Assembly: GCA_037445555.1 (NCBI GenBank)
Contig: JBBIKG010000009.1
Location: forward strand, 8,894 to 72,893
Length of the DNA: 64,000 nucleotides
Reading direction: 5' to 3'
Source of the DNA: Lentimicrobiaceae bacterium
GTDB lineage: Bacteria; Bacteroidota; Bacteroidia; Bacteroidales; JAAYJT01
Under the pieces are notes generated by a model, which saw nothing but the letters and a program-made list of their open reading frames with translations, did not search any database and had not been told where the DNA came from. Positions 23,788-33,939 of the stretch are shown here, one piece after another; position 1 is the first letter of the stretch; each line of letters starts with the position of its first letter. The translations under genes were made by a program, and so were the position numbers.

Positions 23788-24744
23788 ATGTTAAAAAAAC
23801 GGTCATTTATACTGGGGAAGGCGTTCTTACTGTCTGCTTCGCTTTTTGGGCAGATCGATGACAAACAGTTGAACTCGGCAGAGATCACTACCGATGTTGC
23901 TGCAGGCAAACTCTATGGGACACTACTGCTCCCTGAGGCTGCCCCCCCGTATGCCCTGGCGATTTTTATTTCAGGTTCGGGTCCTACCGATCGTGACGGC
24001 AACCAACCCGGCATGAAAAACAACAGCCTGCGTATGTTAGCCGAACAGCTAGCCCGGCAGGGTATTGCTTCGCTGAGGTACGATAAACGAATGATTGGTC
24101 AGAGTAAGGTATCGATGACCGAAAGCGAGATACGCTTCGACCATTACATTGACGATGTCTGCCAATGGGTGGAGATGATGAGAAAAGATGTGCGTTTTTC
24201 GAAAGTGTATATCGTTGGCCACAGCGAAGGCTCTCTGCTTGGGATGATTGCGGCGCAGCGTACCCACACGGATGGGTTTATATCGCTTGCCGGTGTGGGG
24301 TACCCGGCCGATCAGATTATTCTGGAACAAACCAGAGAGCTGCCTGCTCCGATTTACAGCGAGGTCAAATCAACCCTCGACAGCTTAAAGACAGGAAAAA
24401 CCGTGGCAAACACAAATCCTGGTCTGGCAGCCCTATTCAGACCTTCGGTGCAACCCTACCTGATTAGCTGGATTAAATACAATCCTTCACTGGAAATCAG
24501 CAAGCTGCATATACCAGTGCTCATTGTACAGGGTACCACCGATATTCAAGTAGGAGTGGACAACGCCCGCAGACTTAAAGAATACTGCCCTGGTGCCGAA
24601 TTATTTATAGTAGAGGACATGAATCATTTGCTGAAAACCGCTGAAGCCGACAGGACAAAAAACATTGCCACCTACTTCAATCCCGACTTGCCTCTGGCGC
24701 CCGGTGTGGCGGCCTACATTGCCGGGTTCATTCAAATGCACTAA
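23788..24744 (+). CDS. exported alpha/beta-hydrolase
   Basis: Signal peptide, nucleophile elbow VGHSEGS, late Asp (QGTTD) and His (MNHLL). Confidence 0.72.
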   Translation: MLKKRSFILGKAFLLSASLFGQIDDKQLNSAEITTDVAAGKLYGTLLLPEAAPPYALAIFISGSGPTDRDGNQPGMKNNSLRMLAEQLARQGIASLRYDKRMIGQSKVSMTESEIRFDHYIDDVCQWVEMMRKDVRFSKVYIVGHSEGSLLGMIAAQRTHTDGFISLAGVGYPADQIILEQTRELPAPIYSEVKSTLDSLKTGKTVANTNPGLAALFRPSVQPYLISWIKYNPSLEISKLHIPVLIVQGTTDIQVGVDNARRLKEYCPGAELFIVEDMNHLLKTAEADRTKNIATYFNPDLPLAPGVAAYIAGFIQMH

Positions 24745-25022
24745 CAAGTTCAGGATTGTTTTTTCTGCCGTTGTCTAGGCACTTGTTTCGGCTGCCTTAT
24801 ATGCACTCTCAGGAGATCCCCGGCAGCGTGACAGGATTTTATGTAAATTTTAAGTTCGTACTGAAATTCCGGCTTTTCAGGTCGAAAGCCTGTGTATATT
24901 TGTGCTGTGATGAATATGCTTCATTTGTCAGTATGGCCATTGAACCCGATTGATTACTCGAAACTAAGACAGCCTCCGGTATGAAAAACGGTGCGAACCG
25001 ATTACAGCAAACCTTTCCCTTG

Positions 25023-26177
25023 ATGGACAAACTCTTTACATCCACATTAAAACTTGGAATCATCGCCGGGGGGCAGCTAGGCAAAATGCTCATTCAGGAG
25101 GCCAGCAAATGGGATATTGCGACCTATGTGCTCGATGAGGATCCGCAATGCCCGGCTGCAAGTATTGCCACAGGGCATGTGAATGGAAGCCTCAGCGATT
25201 ACCGGGCCGTGTATGAGTTTGGTAAAATGGTCGATATCCTGACTTATGAAATCGAGAGCATTAATATCGATGCGTTGTTTGCCCTTAAAAAAGAAGGGCT
25301 GCACATAATGCCCGACCCTTCTATTCTGGAGCTGATACAGGATAAAGGCCTACAAAAGGAGTTTTACGCAGGCCACCAGATACCTACTGCTTCCTTTACC
25401 CTTTTCGAAACCCGCCAGCAAATCATCGAGGCTACTCAGCAGGGCAGGCTGGCATTTCCCTTTGTGCAGAAACTTCGGAAGGGTGGCTACGATGGCCGCG
25501 GAGTGTGTGTGATCAATACGGCCGATGATCTGGACGAACTGCTTAAAGGGCCATCTGTTATTGAGGAGAAGATTGCCATAGACAAAGAAATCGCTGTGAT
25601 TGCCGCCCGCAATAATTCTGGCGAAATCAAATGTTTTCCGGTGGTTGAGATGGTGTTTGACGCCAGGGCCAACCTAGTCGAAGAGCTTATCTGCCCCTCG
25701 GTAATTAGCGAACCGCTTGCACGCGAAGCACAACAAGTAGCTGCCAGCCTGATAGGTGCCTTAGGCTTGTGCGGACTCCTGGCGGTAGAGTTTTTTGTTG
25801 ATATCAACGGAAAACTGCTCGTAAACGAGTCGGCTCCGCGCCCGCACAACAGTGGGCACCATACAATCGAAAGCGTCATCACCTCTCAGTTCGAACAACA
25901 CCTCAGGGCTATCCTGAATCTGCCTTTAGGCAGCATACACATGAAAATGCCTGCAGTGATGATTAATCTGCTGGGCGAGGAGGGAAATTCAGGTCCTGTG
26001 GTCTATCACGGACTGGCCGAAGCAATGGCTATCGAGGGAGTTAATGTGCATCTTTACGGAAAAAAAATCACCCGCCCCTTCCGGAAAATGGGGCATGTAA
26101 CCATAATTGCCCCCAATATGCGCGAAGCGCTTGAAAGGGCGGATAGAGTCAAAAACCTAATCAAAGTCAGGTCATGA
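25023..26177 (+). CDS. purK: 5-(carboxyamino)imidazole ribonucleotide synthase
   Basis: ATP-grasp layout with LGIIAGGQLGKML at the N-terminus and ESAPRPHNSGHHT near the C-terminus. It overlaps purE by 4 nt. The track start is 24981. Confidence 0.9.
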   Translation: MDKLFTSTLKLGIIAGGQLGKMLIQEASKWDIATYVLDEDPQCPAASIATGHVNGSLSDYRAVYEFGKMVDILTYEIESINIDALFALKKEGLHIMPDPSILELIQDKGLQKEFYAGHQIPTASFTLFETRQQIIEATQQGRLAFPFVQKLRKGGYDGRGVCVINTADDLDELLKGPSVIEEKIAIDKEIAVIAARNNSGEIKCFPVVEMVFDARANLVEELICPSVISEPLAREAQQVAASLIGALGLCGLLAVEFFVDINGKLLVNESAPRPHNSGHHTIESVITSQFEQHLRAILNLPLGSIHMKMPAVMINLLGEEGNSGPVVYHGLAEAMAIEGVNVHLYGKKITRPFRKMGHVTIIAPNMREALERADRVKNLIKVRS

Positions 26178-26665
26178 AAAAACCATTGGTCAGTATCGTG
26201 ATGGGATCGGACTCCGACCTACTGGTGATGCAGCAAGCGGCGGATATGTTAAAGGAATTTGATGTGGATTATGAGATGGATATTGTATCAGCACATCGTA
26301 CACCCGAAAAAATGATGCAGTTCGCCTCGATGGCCCACCAGCGTGGCATTCGCGTAATCATTGCCGGAGCGGGAGGCGCCGCACACCTGCCCGGTATGAT
26401 TGCCTCAGTGTCGCCGCTGCCTGTGATCGGGGTACCCATCAAGTCATCCAACTCTATCGACGGGTGGGACTCGGTACTTTCCATCCTGCAAATGCCCGGC
26501 GGTGTGCCTGTGGCCACCGTAGCGCTTAACGGCGCCAAAAATGCCGGCATTCTGGCTGTGCAAATTCTTGGATCAGCCGATGAATCGATCCGGAACAAAA
26601 TCATCGATTACAAACACCGACTGCGCGACCAGGTGATGAAGAAGTCGGAAACGATGCAGAAGTAA
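26174..26665 (+). CDS. purE: 5-(carboxyamino)imidazole ribonucleotide mutase
   Basis: IVMGSDSDL, SAHRTP and AGGAAHLPGM blocks. 163 aa. Confidence 0.95.
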   Translation: MKKPLVSIVMGSDSDLLVMQQAADMLKEFDVDYEMDIVSAHRTPEKMMQFASMAHQRGIRVIIAGAGGAAHLPGMIASVSPLPVIGVPIKSSNSIDGWDSVLSILQMPGGVPVATVALNGAKNAGILAVQILGSADESIRNKIIDYKHRLRDQVMKKSETMQK

Positions 26666-26675
26666 AGTCAGACCA

Positions 26676-27641
26676 TCACAACTCCCCGCCTACCAGATAC
26701 CAAAGGTAACCGCTGTAAGCCAGAAGCAGTAAAAGAGCTTCCCACCGGTCGAGCTTGTGGCGTTTACCGGTAAACATGGCTGCGAAAACGAAAAGTGTCC
26801 CTGTCATCAGCACGATCAGATCGGTATTAAACGCGGTATTATAGGAAACAGGCCGGATAAAGGTGCTTGCAGAAAGTATCAGAAAAAGGTTGAAGATGTT
26901 AGACCCCACAATATTACCAATGGCGATATCGGCATTACGCCGGTAGGCCGCCACCACCGAGGTTGCCAGCTCGGGAAGGGAGGTGCCTGCTGCCACAATG
27001 GTGAGACCGATAATTTTTTCGCTCACACCCAGGGCATGTGCGATATCCACGGCGCTGTCCACTACCAGGCGGCCTCCGCCTATCAGTGCCAGCAACCCTG
27101 CGATGATCAGGACCAGAATTTTCAGCCTGCTGTACCGCACGCGAAAATCTCCTTTGATATGTACGTCGGTCTTGAGTTGTTTATATACATAAAAAAGAAA
27201 AGCAGTGAAGAACACCAAGAGTAAAAGACCATCCAGTCGTGAAATCACCTTGTTCTGAGCCCCTGTAAAAAACTCATTTCCAAGCAAGAACACCAGTCCG
27301 GCCGCCACAAACGACAGAGGTACTTCTCGCCATACCGTTCTGGAGTGAACCTTGAGCGGAATGACCAACCCCGACAGGCCAAGGATGATGAACAGGTTGA
27401 AATTATTGCTTCCGATCACATTGCCCAATGCAACATCGGCAAACCCATCGTGGGCCGCAATGATATTTACCACCAGCTCGGGAGCCGAGGTGCCAAAAGC
27501 AACGATGGTGAGCCCTACAGCAAGATCACTGACCTTATATTTTTTCGCCAGCGCCGAGGCTCCCGAAACCAGCCAATCGGCACCTTTGACCAGCAATATC
27601 AGGCCAACTGCAAGCAAACCCAATTCTGTTATCATATGCAA
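26676..27641 (-). CDS. Ca2+/Na+ antiporter, CaCA (YrbG-like) family, copy 1
   Basis: Two alpha-repeat motifs GTSAPELVV and GTSLPELATS, each followed by GNV/IVGSN. About 10 TM helices. Confidence 0.85.
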   Translation of the reverse strand: MHMITELGLLAVGLILLVKGADWLVSGASALAKKYKVSDLAVGLTIVAFGTSAPELVVNIIAAHDGFADVALGNVIGSNNFNLFIILGLSGLVIPLKVHSRTVWREVPLSFVAAGLVFLLGNEFFTGAQNKVISRLDGLLLLVFFTAFLFYVYKQLKTDVHIKGDFRVRYSRLKILVLIIAGLLALIGGGRLVVDSAVDIAHALGVSEKIIGLTIVAAGTSLPELATSVVAAYRRNADIAIGNIVGSNIFNLFLILSASTFIRPVSYNTAFNTDLIVLMTGTLFVFAAMFTGKRHKLDRWEALLLLLAYSGYLWYLVGGEL

Positions 27642-27723
27642 ATATTATTAGGGTCATAAAAACCTGACCTTACCGGTTTCAGCCAGGCCTGTTTTTAGGT
27701 GTCTTACATTGTCTTTCAGCGAA

Positions 27724-29670
27724 CTAATCTAAAAGGTATTTTTCAAAGAAAAGCACCGTTGCCCATTGCTGAAATGAAGAGTTTTCCTTTTTTCTGAATC
27801 CATGTCCTTCGTCCTTTGCGAGCAGGTACCACACCTCCTGACCAGCCTGCTGCAACTGCCGTTTCATTTGTTCCGACTCAGATGCCGGCACACGCGGATC
27901 ATTCAAACCCTGCACAATGAATAAGGGTTTGGTGATTTTATCCACATGGTTAAGCGGTGAAATTTTCTCAAGGAATGCCCGCATGGCAGGATCGCGCTCA
28001 TCGCCGTATTCCACCCTCCTAAGGTCTTTGCGGTAATCTTCGGTGTTCTGAAGAAAGGTGACAAAGTTGCTGATGCCCACCACATCCACGCCGCACCGCA
28101 ACCTGTCGCTGTAATGTACCATGGAGGCGAGCACCATGTATCCTCCATAGGATCCTCCCATCACAGCTACCCTGCTGGCATCCAGCTCTGGCTGCCTGGC
28201 AATCCAGTCAAGCAAAGCACCGATGTCCATCACCGACTCCTCTCGCAGGTACCCATTGTCGAGCTTTACGAAGGTTTTACCGTATCCGGTGGATCCGCGA
28301 ACGTTCGGATCGATGACCGCAATTCCCATCTCATTAGTCAGGTAACTGCGAAAGGCGCTGAACGAGGGCACCGACTGTCCTTCGGGTCCTCCGTGAATAT
28401 TGATTACCACCGGGAATTTTTTCCCTTTTGCAGCCGGCTTATAGTAAAAAGCAGGAATCAATCTTGGCTTGCCATCAACCTTGTCGAAAGTTTCATATTG
28501 TATCAGCTCAGATGCGACAAATTTGGTGTTGTCAAGACCACCCACTTCACTGTATGTCCACTGTGTGAGAGTGTGCTTTTTTAAATCATATGTATAGATA
28601 TCGCTTGGAGAGGAAGGGGAGTTTATGACGAGCGAAAAACTATTGCCGTCGGGATGAAAATCAGCCAACGAAATAAGACTTGTCGGCAATCCGGGCAGGG
28701 CGGCATATCTACGAGTAGCCATGTTAAGCTTGTAAAGTCGGGTGATACCGTTCTCGTTGGTGGCGAAAATCATGGTTTTCCGCTTTTTATCGACTATCAA
28801 ACCATTCACGTCCCAGGGGATGCCGGCAGAGATTGAACTAGATTTTTTTGAGGCCAGGTCATAGTATCTTAGTGTGCTATATTCAGTACCCTCATCCGAT
28901 GAATAGAAGATTCCCTTGCCATCTGCCGACCACACTCCGGCTCCATAGGCGATATCTTCATCCGAAGGGTTAACCTGACTGAGTTCTAATGTTTCGAGGT
29001 TGAGTATGTGCACAAATGATTTATTCGCGGATATGTAATTCATCACCACTATAAATTTTCCATCCGGACTCCAGTCGCCCGGCGCCCATGAGCCCCCTTT
29101 GGCCAGGATCAGCTTTGCCTCCTTGGGCTTTTCCATGGTTGAGAGATACAGGTCATAGTCGCGGCCGTTACGGCGGGTACTTACGTAAACAAATCTATTT
29201 CCGTCTTCTGACCATGAAGGGCCGGAGTTTTGTGTTCGCCCCCCGTCAGATAGCATTTCGTTGCTGCCTTTGCCCAGGTCGAACCAATAAAGCTGTCGGA
29301 ATTCATTGCCACCCACATCTTTGGTAAACATGAACCCCTTGTAGTCCGGATTAGGACAGTAGGAAGCCCCACCCACAGGCTCCTTAAAAAAAGTGAGCTG
29401 TGTGCGGGCCCCGCCTGGCTTTTCGATAAAGTGAATCTGTGCCGTCTCGGCAAACCGGGTTGCCATCAGCATGCCTTTGCCGTCTGGCTTCCAGCTCAGG
29501 GCACCAGCGCCCCTAGCATTCTGATACTGATTCATCCGGTCTTTGAGTGCTTCCGGTATTTCGGGGATATTTTCCATCACCAGGTTGCCGATCTCTCTGC
29601 GCCCAGATTGAGCGGAAAGAAGAAAGGGGGTGAAAAAAATAAATACAAATGCTACTGTTAATTTTTTCAT
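27724..29670 (-). CDS. exported S9-family serine peptidase with N-terminal beta-propeller
   Basis: Signal peptide MKKLTVAFVFIFFTPFLLSAQ, WSPDG/WSADG propeller repeats, GGSYGG nucleophile, and a late DEGHGF His block. The track start is ATG 29694. Confidence 0.85.
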   Translation of the reverse strand: MKKLTVAFVFIFFTPFLLSAQSGRREIGNLVMENIPEIPEALKDRMNQYQNARGAGALSWKPDGKGMLMATRFAETAQIHFIEKPGGARTQLTFFKEPVGGASYCPNPDYKGFMFTKDVGGNEFRQLYWFDLGKGSNEMLSDGGRTQNSGPSWSEDGNRFVYVSTRRNGRDYDLYLSTMEKPKEAKLILAKGGSWAPGDWSPDGKFIVVMNYISANKSFVHILNLETLELSQVNPSDEDIAYGAGVWSADGKGIFYSSDEGTEYSTLRYYDLASKKSSSISAGIPWDVNGLIVDKKRKTMIFATNENGITRLYKLNMATRRYAALPGLPTSLISLADFHPDGNSFSLVINSPSSPSDIYTYDLKKHTLTQWTYSEVGGLDNTKFVASELIQYETFDKVDGKPRLIPAFYYKPAAKGKKFPVVINIHGGPEGQSVPSFSAFRSYLTNEMGIAVIDPNVRGSTGYGKTFVKLDNGYLREESVMDIGALLDWIARQPELDASRVAVMGGSYGGYMVLASMVHYSDRLRCGVDVVGISNFVTFLQNTEDYRKDLRRVEYGDERDPAMRAFLEKISPLNHVDKITKPLFIVQGLNDPRVPASESEQMKRQLQQAGQEVWYLLAKDEGHGFRKKENSSFQQWATVLFFEKYLLD

Positions 29671-30196
29671 AATGAATGCTTTATGGTTCGACATAGAATT
29701 ATATTGATCGTCTTGACGCTATCCGCAGAGAGGGACTTCTGAGCTGAGTTTATATCCCCCAGCAAAATCTCGATGATTGACTATACCTTGATGTATGGCA
29801 AACCTCGTGATTGCTTTTTAACGATTATCCGTAGCTGTTGTTTTAAGTTCCCATTTTTCAATATTAAATATAAAGGTAATTCTCTTGCTGATCAGAAAGC
29901 TCTTTTCCGTCTGATCTTCTTAGAATCTTATTGTATAATTTTTCCGTGTTTGAACTGACAGCTATCTCCAATTTACTGATTGTTCCACTTGCTACCTGAT
30001 CAAAATCGTCAATATTATGGATTTTCGGTCACACTATTCCTTTCTCAGAATAAACAGTCAGGCAATTAACTGAAAACAAGTCAACATATGTTATTTCATC
30101 TGTCTTGTTCTAATTTTTAATAATCCGGATCAAATCTTTAACATTTGAAATTCCTGCCGCTCAAAAATATTCAAATCGCTCATGCAATTTGCATTG

Positions 30197-30274
30197 CCGA
30201 ATCATTATTCCTGCAATAGACGGGCAGATTTCAATTATCCCTGAAAATCATTAATAGATTTTTCCGAATCATTA
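30197..30274. repeat. 11-nt direct repeat CCGAATCATTA (x2) plus one degenerate copy AAAATCATTAATA, in a gene-free gap
   Basis: Exact copies lie at about 30197-30207 and 30264-30274, with the degenerate copy at about 30245-30257. A 6-1-6 palindrome ATGCAA-T-TTGCAT lies just upstream, at about 30183-30195. Confidence 0.6.
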
Positions 30275-30347
30275 ATGGAGTCCATTTAACAATCAATCGT
30301 GCGATAATTTTTGTGTTCGTCGGCATCCTTCACTTACTGCCACCTTC

Positions 30348-33215
30348 CTAATCTGAATTCCTGGTTCTGCGGTTACAAAGGCAGGCGTAGGAGCAATACC
30401 TGCAAAGGTCCGTATCGGTGGTTTGATTAAAAGACACTGCAGGGTCATAAATCTGACTGAGTATTGTCGTGATTACCTCCTGCGTCTTACTGAGAGGGTC
30501 TTCTGCAGGTGCATTCACTTTAAGGGTCTGTAGCCCGCGGTTCAGCTTCCTGAAAGAGATGATTCCCGCATTGGGCATAGGGGCGTTTTTTTCGCGGGCA
30601 TAAAGCCAGCTGTAGACAAGCAGTTGCAGTGCCTTGTCTTTTTTGGGATCAGAGATAAGCCTTTCCCATTCGGTGATGGATAATGCCCCCTGAGCAACAT
30701 CCCCGGTTTTGTAATCAATAATCCTGATTTCGTTGTTCAGGCTGTCAATGCGGTCGGCCTGGCCTTTAATCCGCACCCCGACAGGTGGTTTTCCTGTTTG
30801 ATTGACAGGGATTTGTAACGCCGGTATATTCGGGAAGAAATACTCCAATTCATGTATGATCAGGTGTTGATTCTTCAGTGATAATTCGTTAATTTGTTGC
30901 TTTTCGAGAGCAATGAACCGCCGTATAAATCCCTGTGCTACCTTGAACATGAGATGATTTTTCCCAAACTCAAGATCGCCACCCTCATATGTGCTGACGA
31001 ATGCCTCCTTTAACACGTCACGATATCTTGATTCCATGTCGGTGAACATCTCAGTAGTTAGGGGCTTGCCCTTGTATGGTTCATGGAGGGTTTTCAACGC
31101 ATGATGTAGTGCTGTGCCAAACGTGGCAGCGTCCATCTCGTCGTTGGTTTCTGTCTCTTCTTCCACTCGCAGCAGATATGAGAAATAGAATTTCAAGGGG
31201 CACTGTACCCATGTACTCAGCGCACTTGGCGAGAAGCCTGAAGCAGCCATACGGACCAGCTGTTCTAAAATCCTGTCATTCTTGGTGATACAGATCACCT
31301 CCGGTGACTGGTTCAGTTCTATGCCCGGGTTAGCTACAGATGCATGAAAACGCATGGTTTTGTTTTCTGGCACGAGTTCATGTTCAATCTGCATCAAGTA
31401 CCGGCTGCGTTCTCCTCCGCCCAGTTCACCGGCCAGGTTATTGTACAGAAAATGAATTGTGTCGGCACGGTGCAGCAGGCGGTAGAAATGGTATGCGCTC
31501 ACTGATTCCTTGTCAAAATAGGTGGCAATGCCAAAGGCCTTACGGAATTCGTGGGTGATGAATGAGATTTCGTGCCTAGATTTGGGCAGAATCCCTTCAT
31601 TCACACTCAGCATAATGATATTGGCGAAATCGAGCGTACGTGTTTCCAGCATACCCATAATCTGCAATCCCGCAAGCGGCTCCCCGGTAAAAGGTAACCT
31701 GACTGAACCTGCCAAGTTGCTTAAGATCAACTGAACGCTTCTCAGATTGAGCTGGTTACCTGCTTTCTTAACAAGTGCTTGCAGTCGATTATTGATGAGC
31801 CAGAACTGATAGATATATTCAATGTCGGTTGTTGACTGGCTTTCTGAGAGTGCTTTTCTTAACATTGAAAGCAGGCGATCGGTCTGTCTGCATACATCAG
31901 CCGGTGTTGTCCAACCGGATAACAGTAACCTCAGTATTTCGATTGCGGCGGGATGCCCGGTCATCTGTTCCAGTTGTTCCAGACTTAGGAATACCCTGCC
32001 TGAAGCCATGATTTTTTGGTCGATCCCTTCGAATGAAGGGGCATAGTGTTTGGCTGCCCGGATCACGTAAGGATGCCTGATCACCTGCAGCAGTTCCCTG
32101 AAGTAAAAATGGATGCCAGATATTTCATCCGTCGGCCTGTTCAGGGTTTTATTCCGTTCGGAGGCATGCAGATGCAGGATCAGCAAATGTTCGATCAAGG
32201 TGTATGCGGGCGTGAGAGAAAGTGGGTACCCCATGGTGATATTGAAAAGCTTTACATTGCCGGGTATGGCTTGCAGCATGGGTATCAACAGCCCTTCGTC
32301 GCATAGGATAAGAGCGGTTTGCTCAAGTTGCTCGTCGGTCATACCGGCAAGCAACCTGCCGGCAAGTCTAGTCTGTCCTATGTTTCCTGATATGCCTGTA
32401 TGATGGATTTCCTTGGCTGATCCCCTGAGGTAATCCCCTGTCCACGGCAAGGGGTTTATGGATAGGCGATGTTTCAGGCTTCTCAGGTTATGACCTGCCT
32501 CGTATGCGGGATTGTCAAGATACCAGGAATCGGCATCAAAAAGCATCTCGACCTGACTGACAGACCGCATTCCGGTTATTATCATATTTTCGGTGGGCGA
32601 GAGAGCGTTAAATCCGGCAAAGACATACTTCTTCCAGTGCCTGATGTGAATAAGGGAAGAAATATTTGATGCGCAATACCTGAATGCCAGCCCGTTATAT
32701 GCCTGATATGTTGACAGGAGGTTGTTAGTGAACCGCTCGTAGATATCAGAGAGCGACTGGTAAAAAGCAAGGTATTGTTTTTGTCTTTCACTGAGTTGTG
32801 CCCCAAGGTTCCAGCTGTCGATGGCCTTGGTCTCGGACAGATTGGCAAACAGCGCACGGGCATCCACCAGGTGCATATCAACCTCTTCGAAATCATTTAA
32901 TAAAATCTGCCCCCATTTGATAAACTCTTCGAACGGGCGGGCCTCAGCCACATGCACATGGCAATATTCTTCGTAGAGTTGCCAGATCAGCCACAGTGGG
33001 TCAGCATTTCTTAACCCCGTTATCTCAAACACAAAATCTTCAATTGAAAAAATGCCAGGCATGATGACAGGTTTCTGGAGATACCGGGCGAGATATTTCT
33101 TAAAAAAAGTACCTGAACGCCTGCTTGGGAAAATGAGGCAGACGTCGTGAAGTCGTTCGTGATGGCGCTCAAGCAAATGACTTGCTACCCGGTCGAGAAA
33201 CGGAAGATGGGTCAT
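30348..33215 (-). CDS. AddB-like PD-(D/E)XK nuclease with Fe-S cluster Cys ligands (inactive helicase-like N-terminus)
   Basis: C-terminal RecB-type nuclease motifs GQADRID ... IRIIDYKTG ... QLLVYSWLY are bracketed by Cys residues (QCPLKFYF upstream, CRYCSYACLC downstream). No Walker A motif is visible in the N-terminal 700 aa. The track start is TTG 33239 (4-nt overlap with murU). ATG 33215 is also possible. Confidence 0.72.
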   Translation of the reverse strand: MTHLPFLDRVASHLLERHHERLHDVCLIFPSRRSGTFFKKYLARYLQKPVIMPGIFSIEDFVFEITGLRNADPLWLIWQLYEEYCHVHVAEARPFEEFIKWGQILLNDFEEVDMHLVDARALFANLSETKAIDSWNLGAQLSERQKQYLAFYQSLSDIYERFTNNLLSTYQAYNGLAFRYCASNISSLIHIRHWKKYVFAGFNALSPTENMIITGMRSVSQVEMLFDADSWYLDNPAYEAGHNLRSLKHRLSINPLPWTGDYLRGSAKEIHHTGISGNIGQTRLAGRLLAGMTDEQLEQTALILCDEGLLIPMLQAIPGNVKLFNITMGYPLSLTPAYTLIEHLLILHLHASERNKTLNRPTDEISGIHFYFRELLQVIRHPYVIRAAKHYAPSFEGIDQKIMASGRVFLSLEQLEQMTGHPAAIEILRLLLSGWTTPADVCRQTDRLLSMLRKALSESQSTTDIEYIYQFWLINNRLQALVKKAGNQLNLRSVQLILSNLAGSVRLPFTGEPLAGLQIMGMLETRTLDFANIIMLSVNEGILPKSRHEISFITHEFRKAFGIATYFDKESVSAYHFYRLLHRADTIHFLYNNLAGELGGGERSRYLMQIEHELVPENKTMRFHASVANPGIELNQSPEVICITKNDRILEQLVRMAASGFSPSALSTWVQCPLKFYFSYLLRVEEETETNDEMDAATFGTALHHALKTLHEPYKGKPLTTEMFTDMESRYRDVLKEAFVSTYEGGDLEFGKNHLMFKVAQGFIRRFIALEKQQINELSLKNQHLIIHELEYFFPNIPALQIPVNQTGKPPVGVRIKGQADRIDSLNNEIRIIDYKTGDVAQGALSITEWERLISDPKKDKALQLLVYSWLYAREKNAPMPNAGIISFRKLNRGLQTLKVNAPAEDPLSKTQEVITTILSQIYDPAVSFNQTTDTDLCRYCSYACLCNRRTRNSD

Positions 33216-33235
33216 ATAGGACAAATATCGGCAAA

Positions 33236-33937
33236 TCAATGAAAATCCGAAGCTTTTTTCAAACTTTCGGGCTTCCCGGCATCAATCCAATCGGCTGCGG
33301 GGTGTTCATATGCCAGGATTTTGCTGCTGGCACAGGCAGCCACAAGCACATCCACAATTGAGAATGTTTGCGCAGGCGGCATGTATTCAAATATGTGTGG
33401 ACTCAGGGCGTACACCCCACTAAATGCAAAGGAAGTGACCTCCTGCTTTTGGTCTATGATTTCAGGTGTATACCGGCCAAGGAGTTTGCGCTCCCAGTCA
33501 AATGCCAATGGCCGTGACGTTTGCCGCCGGCTAACCGCAACCGTGGCCAGTGCACCTGACTGAACGTGCTGAGCATACAATTTATCGAGCGGGATTCGGG
33601 ATAGCACATCGCAATTATGCACCATGAATGATTCACCTCTGTCAAGAAACCACCTTGCATGCCTGATGGCTCCTCCGCTGTCGAGCAGGAGTTCTGTTTC
33701 GTCCGAAAAAGTTATTTGCCCAGGGAATTTCAGCGAGGATTGAAGGTATTGGCGAAGCATTTCCGCCTTGTGATGCAGGTTTACTATCACTTCATCAAAC
33801 CCGGAAAGACGCAGTCGTTCTATTACATGATCAATCAGTGGACGCCCGTTTACCTCCACAAGTGCTTTGGGCACAACGTCGGTCAGCGGCCTAAGGCGGG
33901 TTCCCAGCCCTGCCGCCAAAATCATTGCTCTGGGCAT
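33236..33937 (-). CDS. murU: MurU-type sugar-1-phosphate nucleotidyltransferase (N-acetylmuramate alpha-1-phosphate uridylyltransferase-like)
   Basis: N-terminal MILAAGLGTRLRPLT signature, about 233 aa, encoded in one string with the AmgK-type kinase. The N-terminal 29 codons of the track ORF overlap the upstream gene, so ATG 33937 is preferred. Confidence 0.75.
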   Translation of the reverse strand: MPRAMILAAGLGTRLRPLTDVVPKALVEVNGRPLIDHVIERLRLSGFDEVIVNLHHKAEMLRQYLQSSLKFPGQITFSDETELLLDSGGAIRHARWFLDRGESFMVHNCDVLSRIPLDKLYAQHVQSGALATVAVSRRQTSRPLAFDWERKLLGRYTPEIIDQKQEVTSFAFSGVYALSPHIFEYMPPAQTFSIVDVLVAACASSKILAYEHPAADWIDAGKPESLKKASDFH

Positions 33938-33939
33938 GA

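Noticed and set aside
24745-25022. The 280-nt region upstream of purK, examined for a purine or ZTP riboswitch.
   Set aside because: I could not find the conserved purine-riboswitch junction/loop sequences or the ZTP GGGUCGUGAC...CCGCCUGGGC-type core. Only weak, unconvincing hairpins are present.
26676-27641. Two CaCA antiporter genes in one window (the second at 61214-62191), considered as a recent duplication or repeat.
   Set aside because: Similarity exists only at the protein level, at roughly 40-50% by eye. I saw no extended nucleotide identity. They are ordinary old paralogues.
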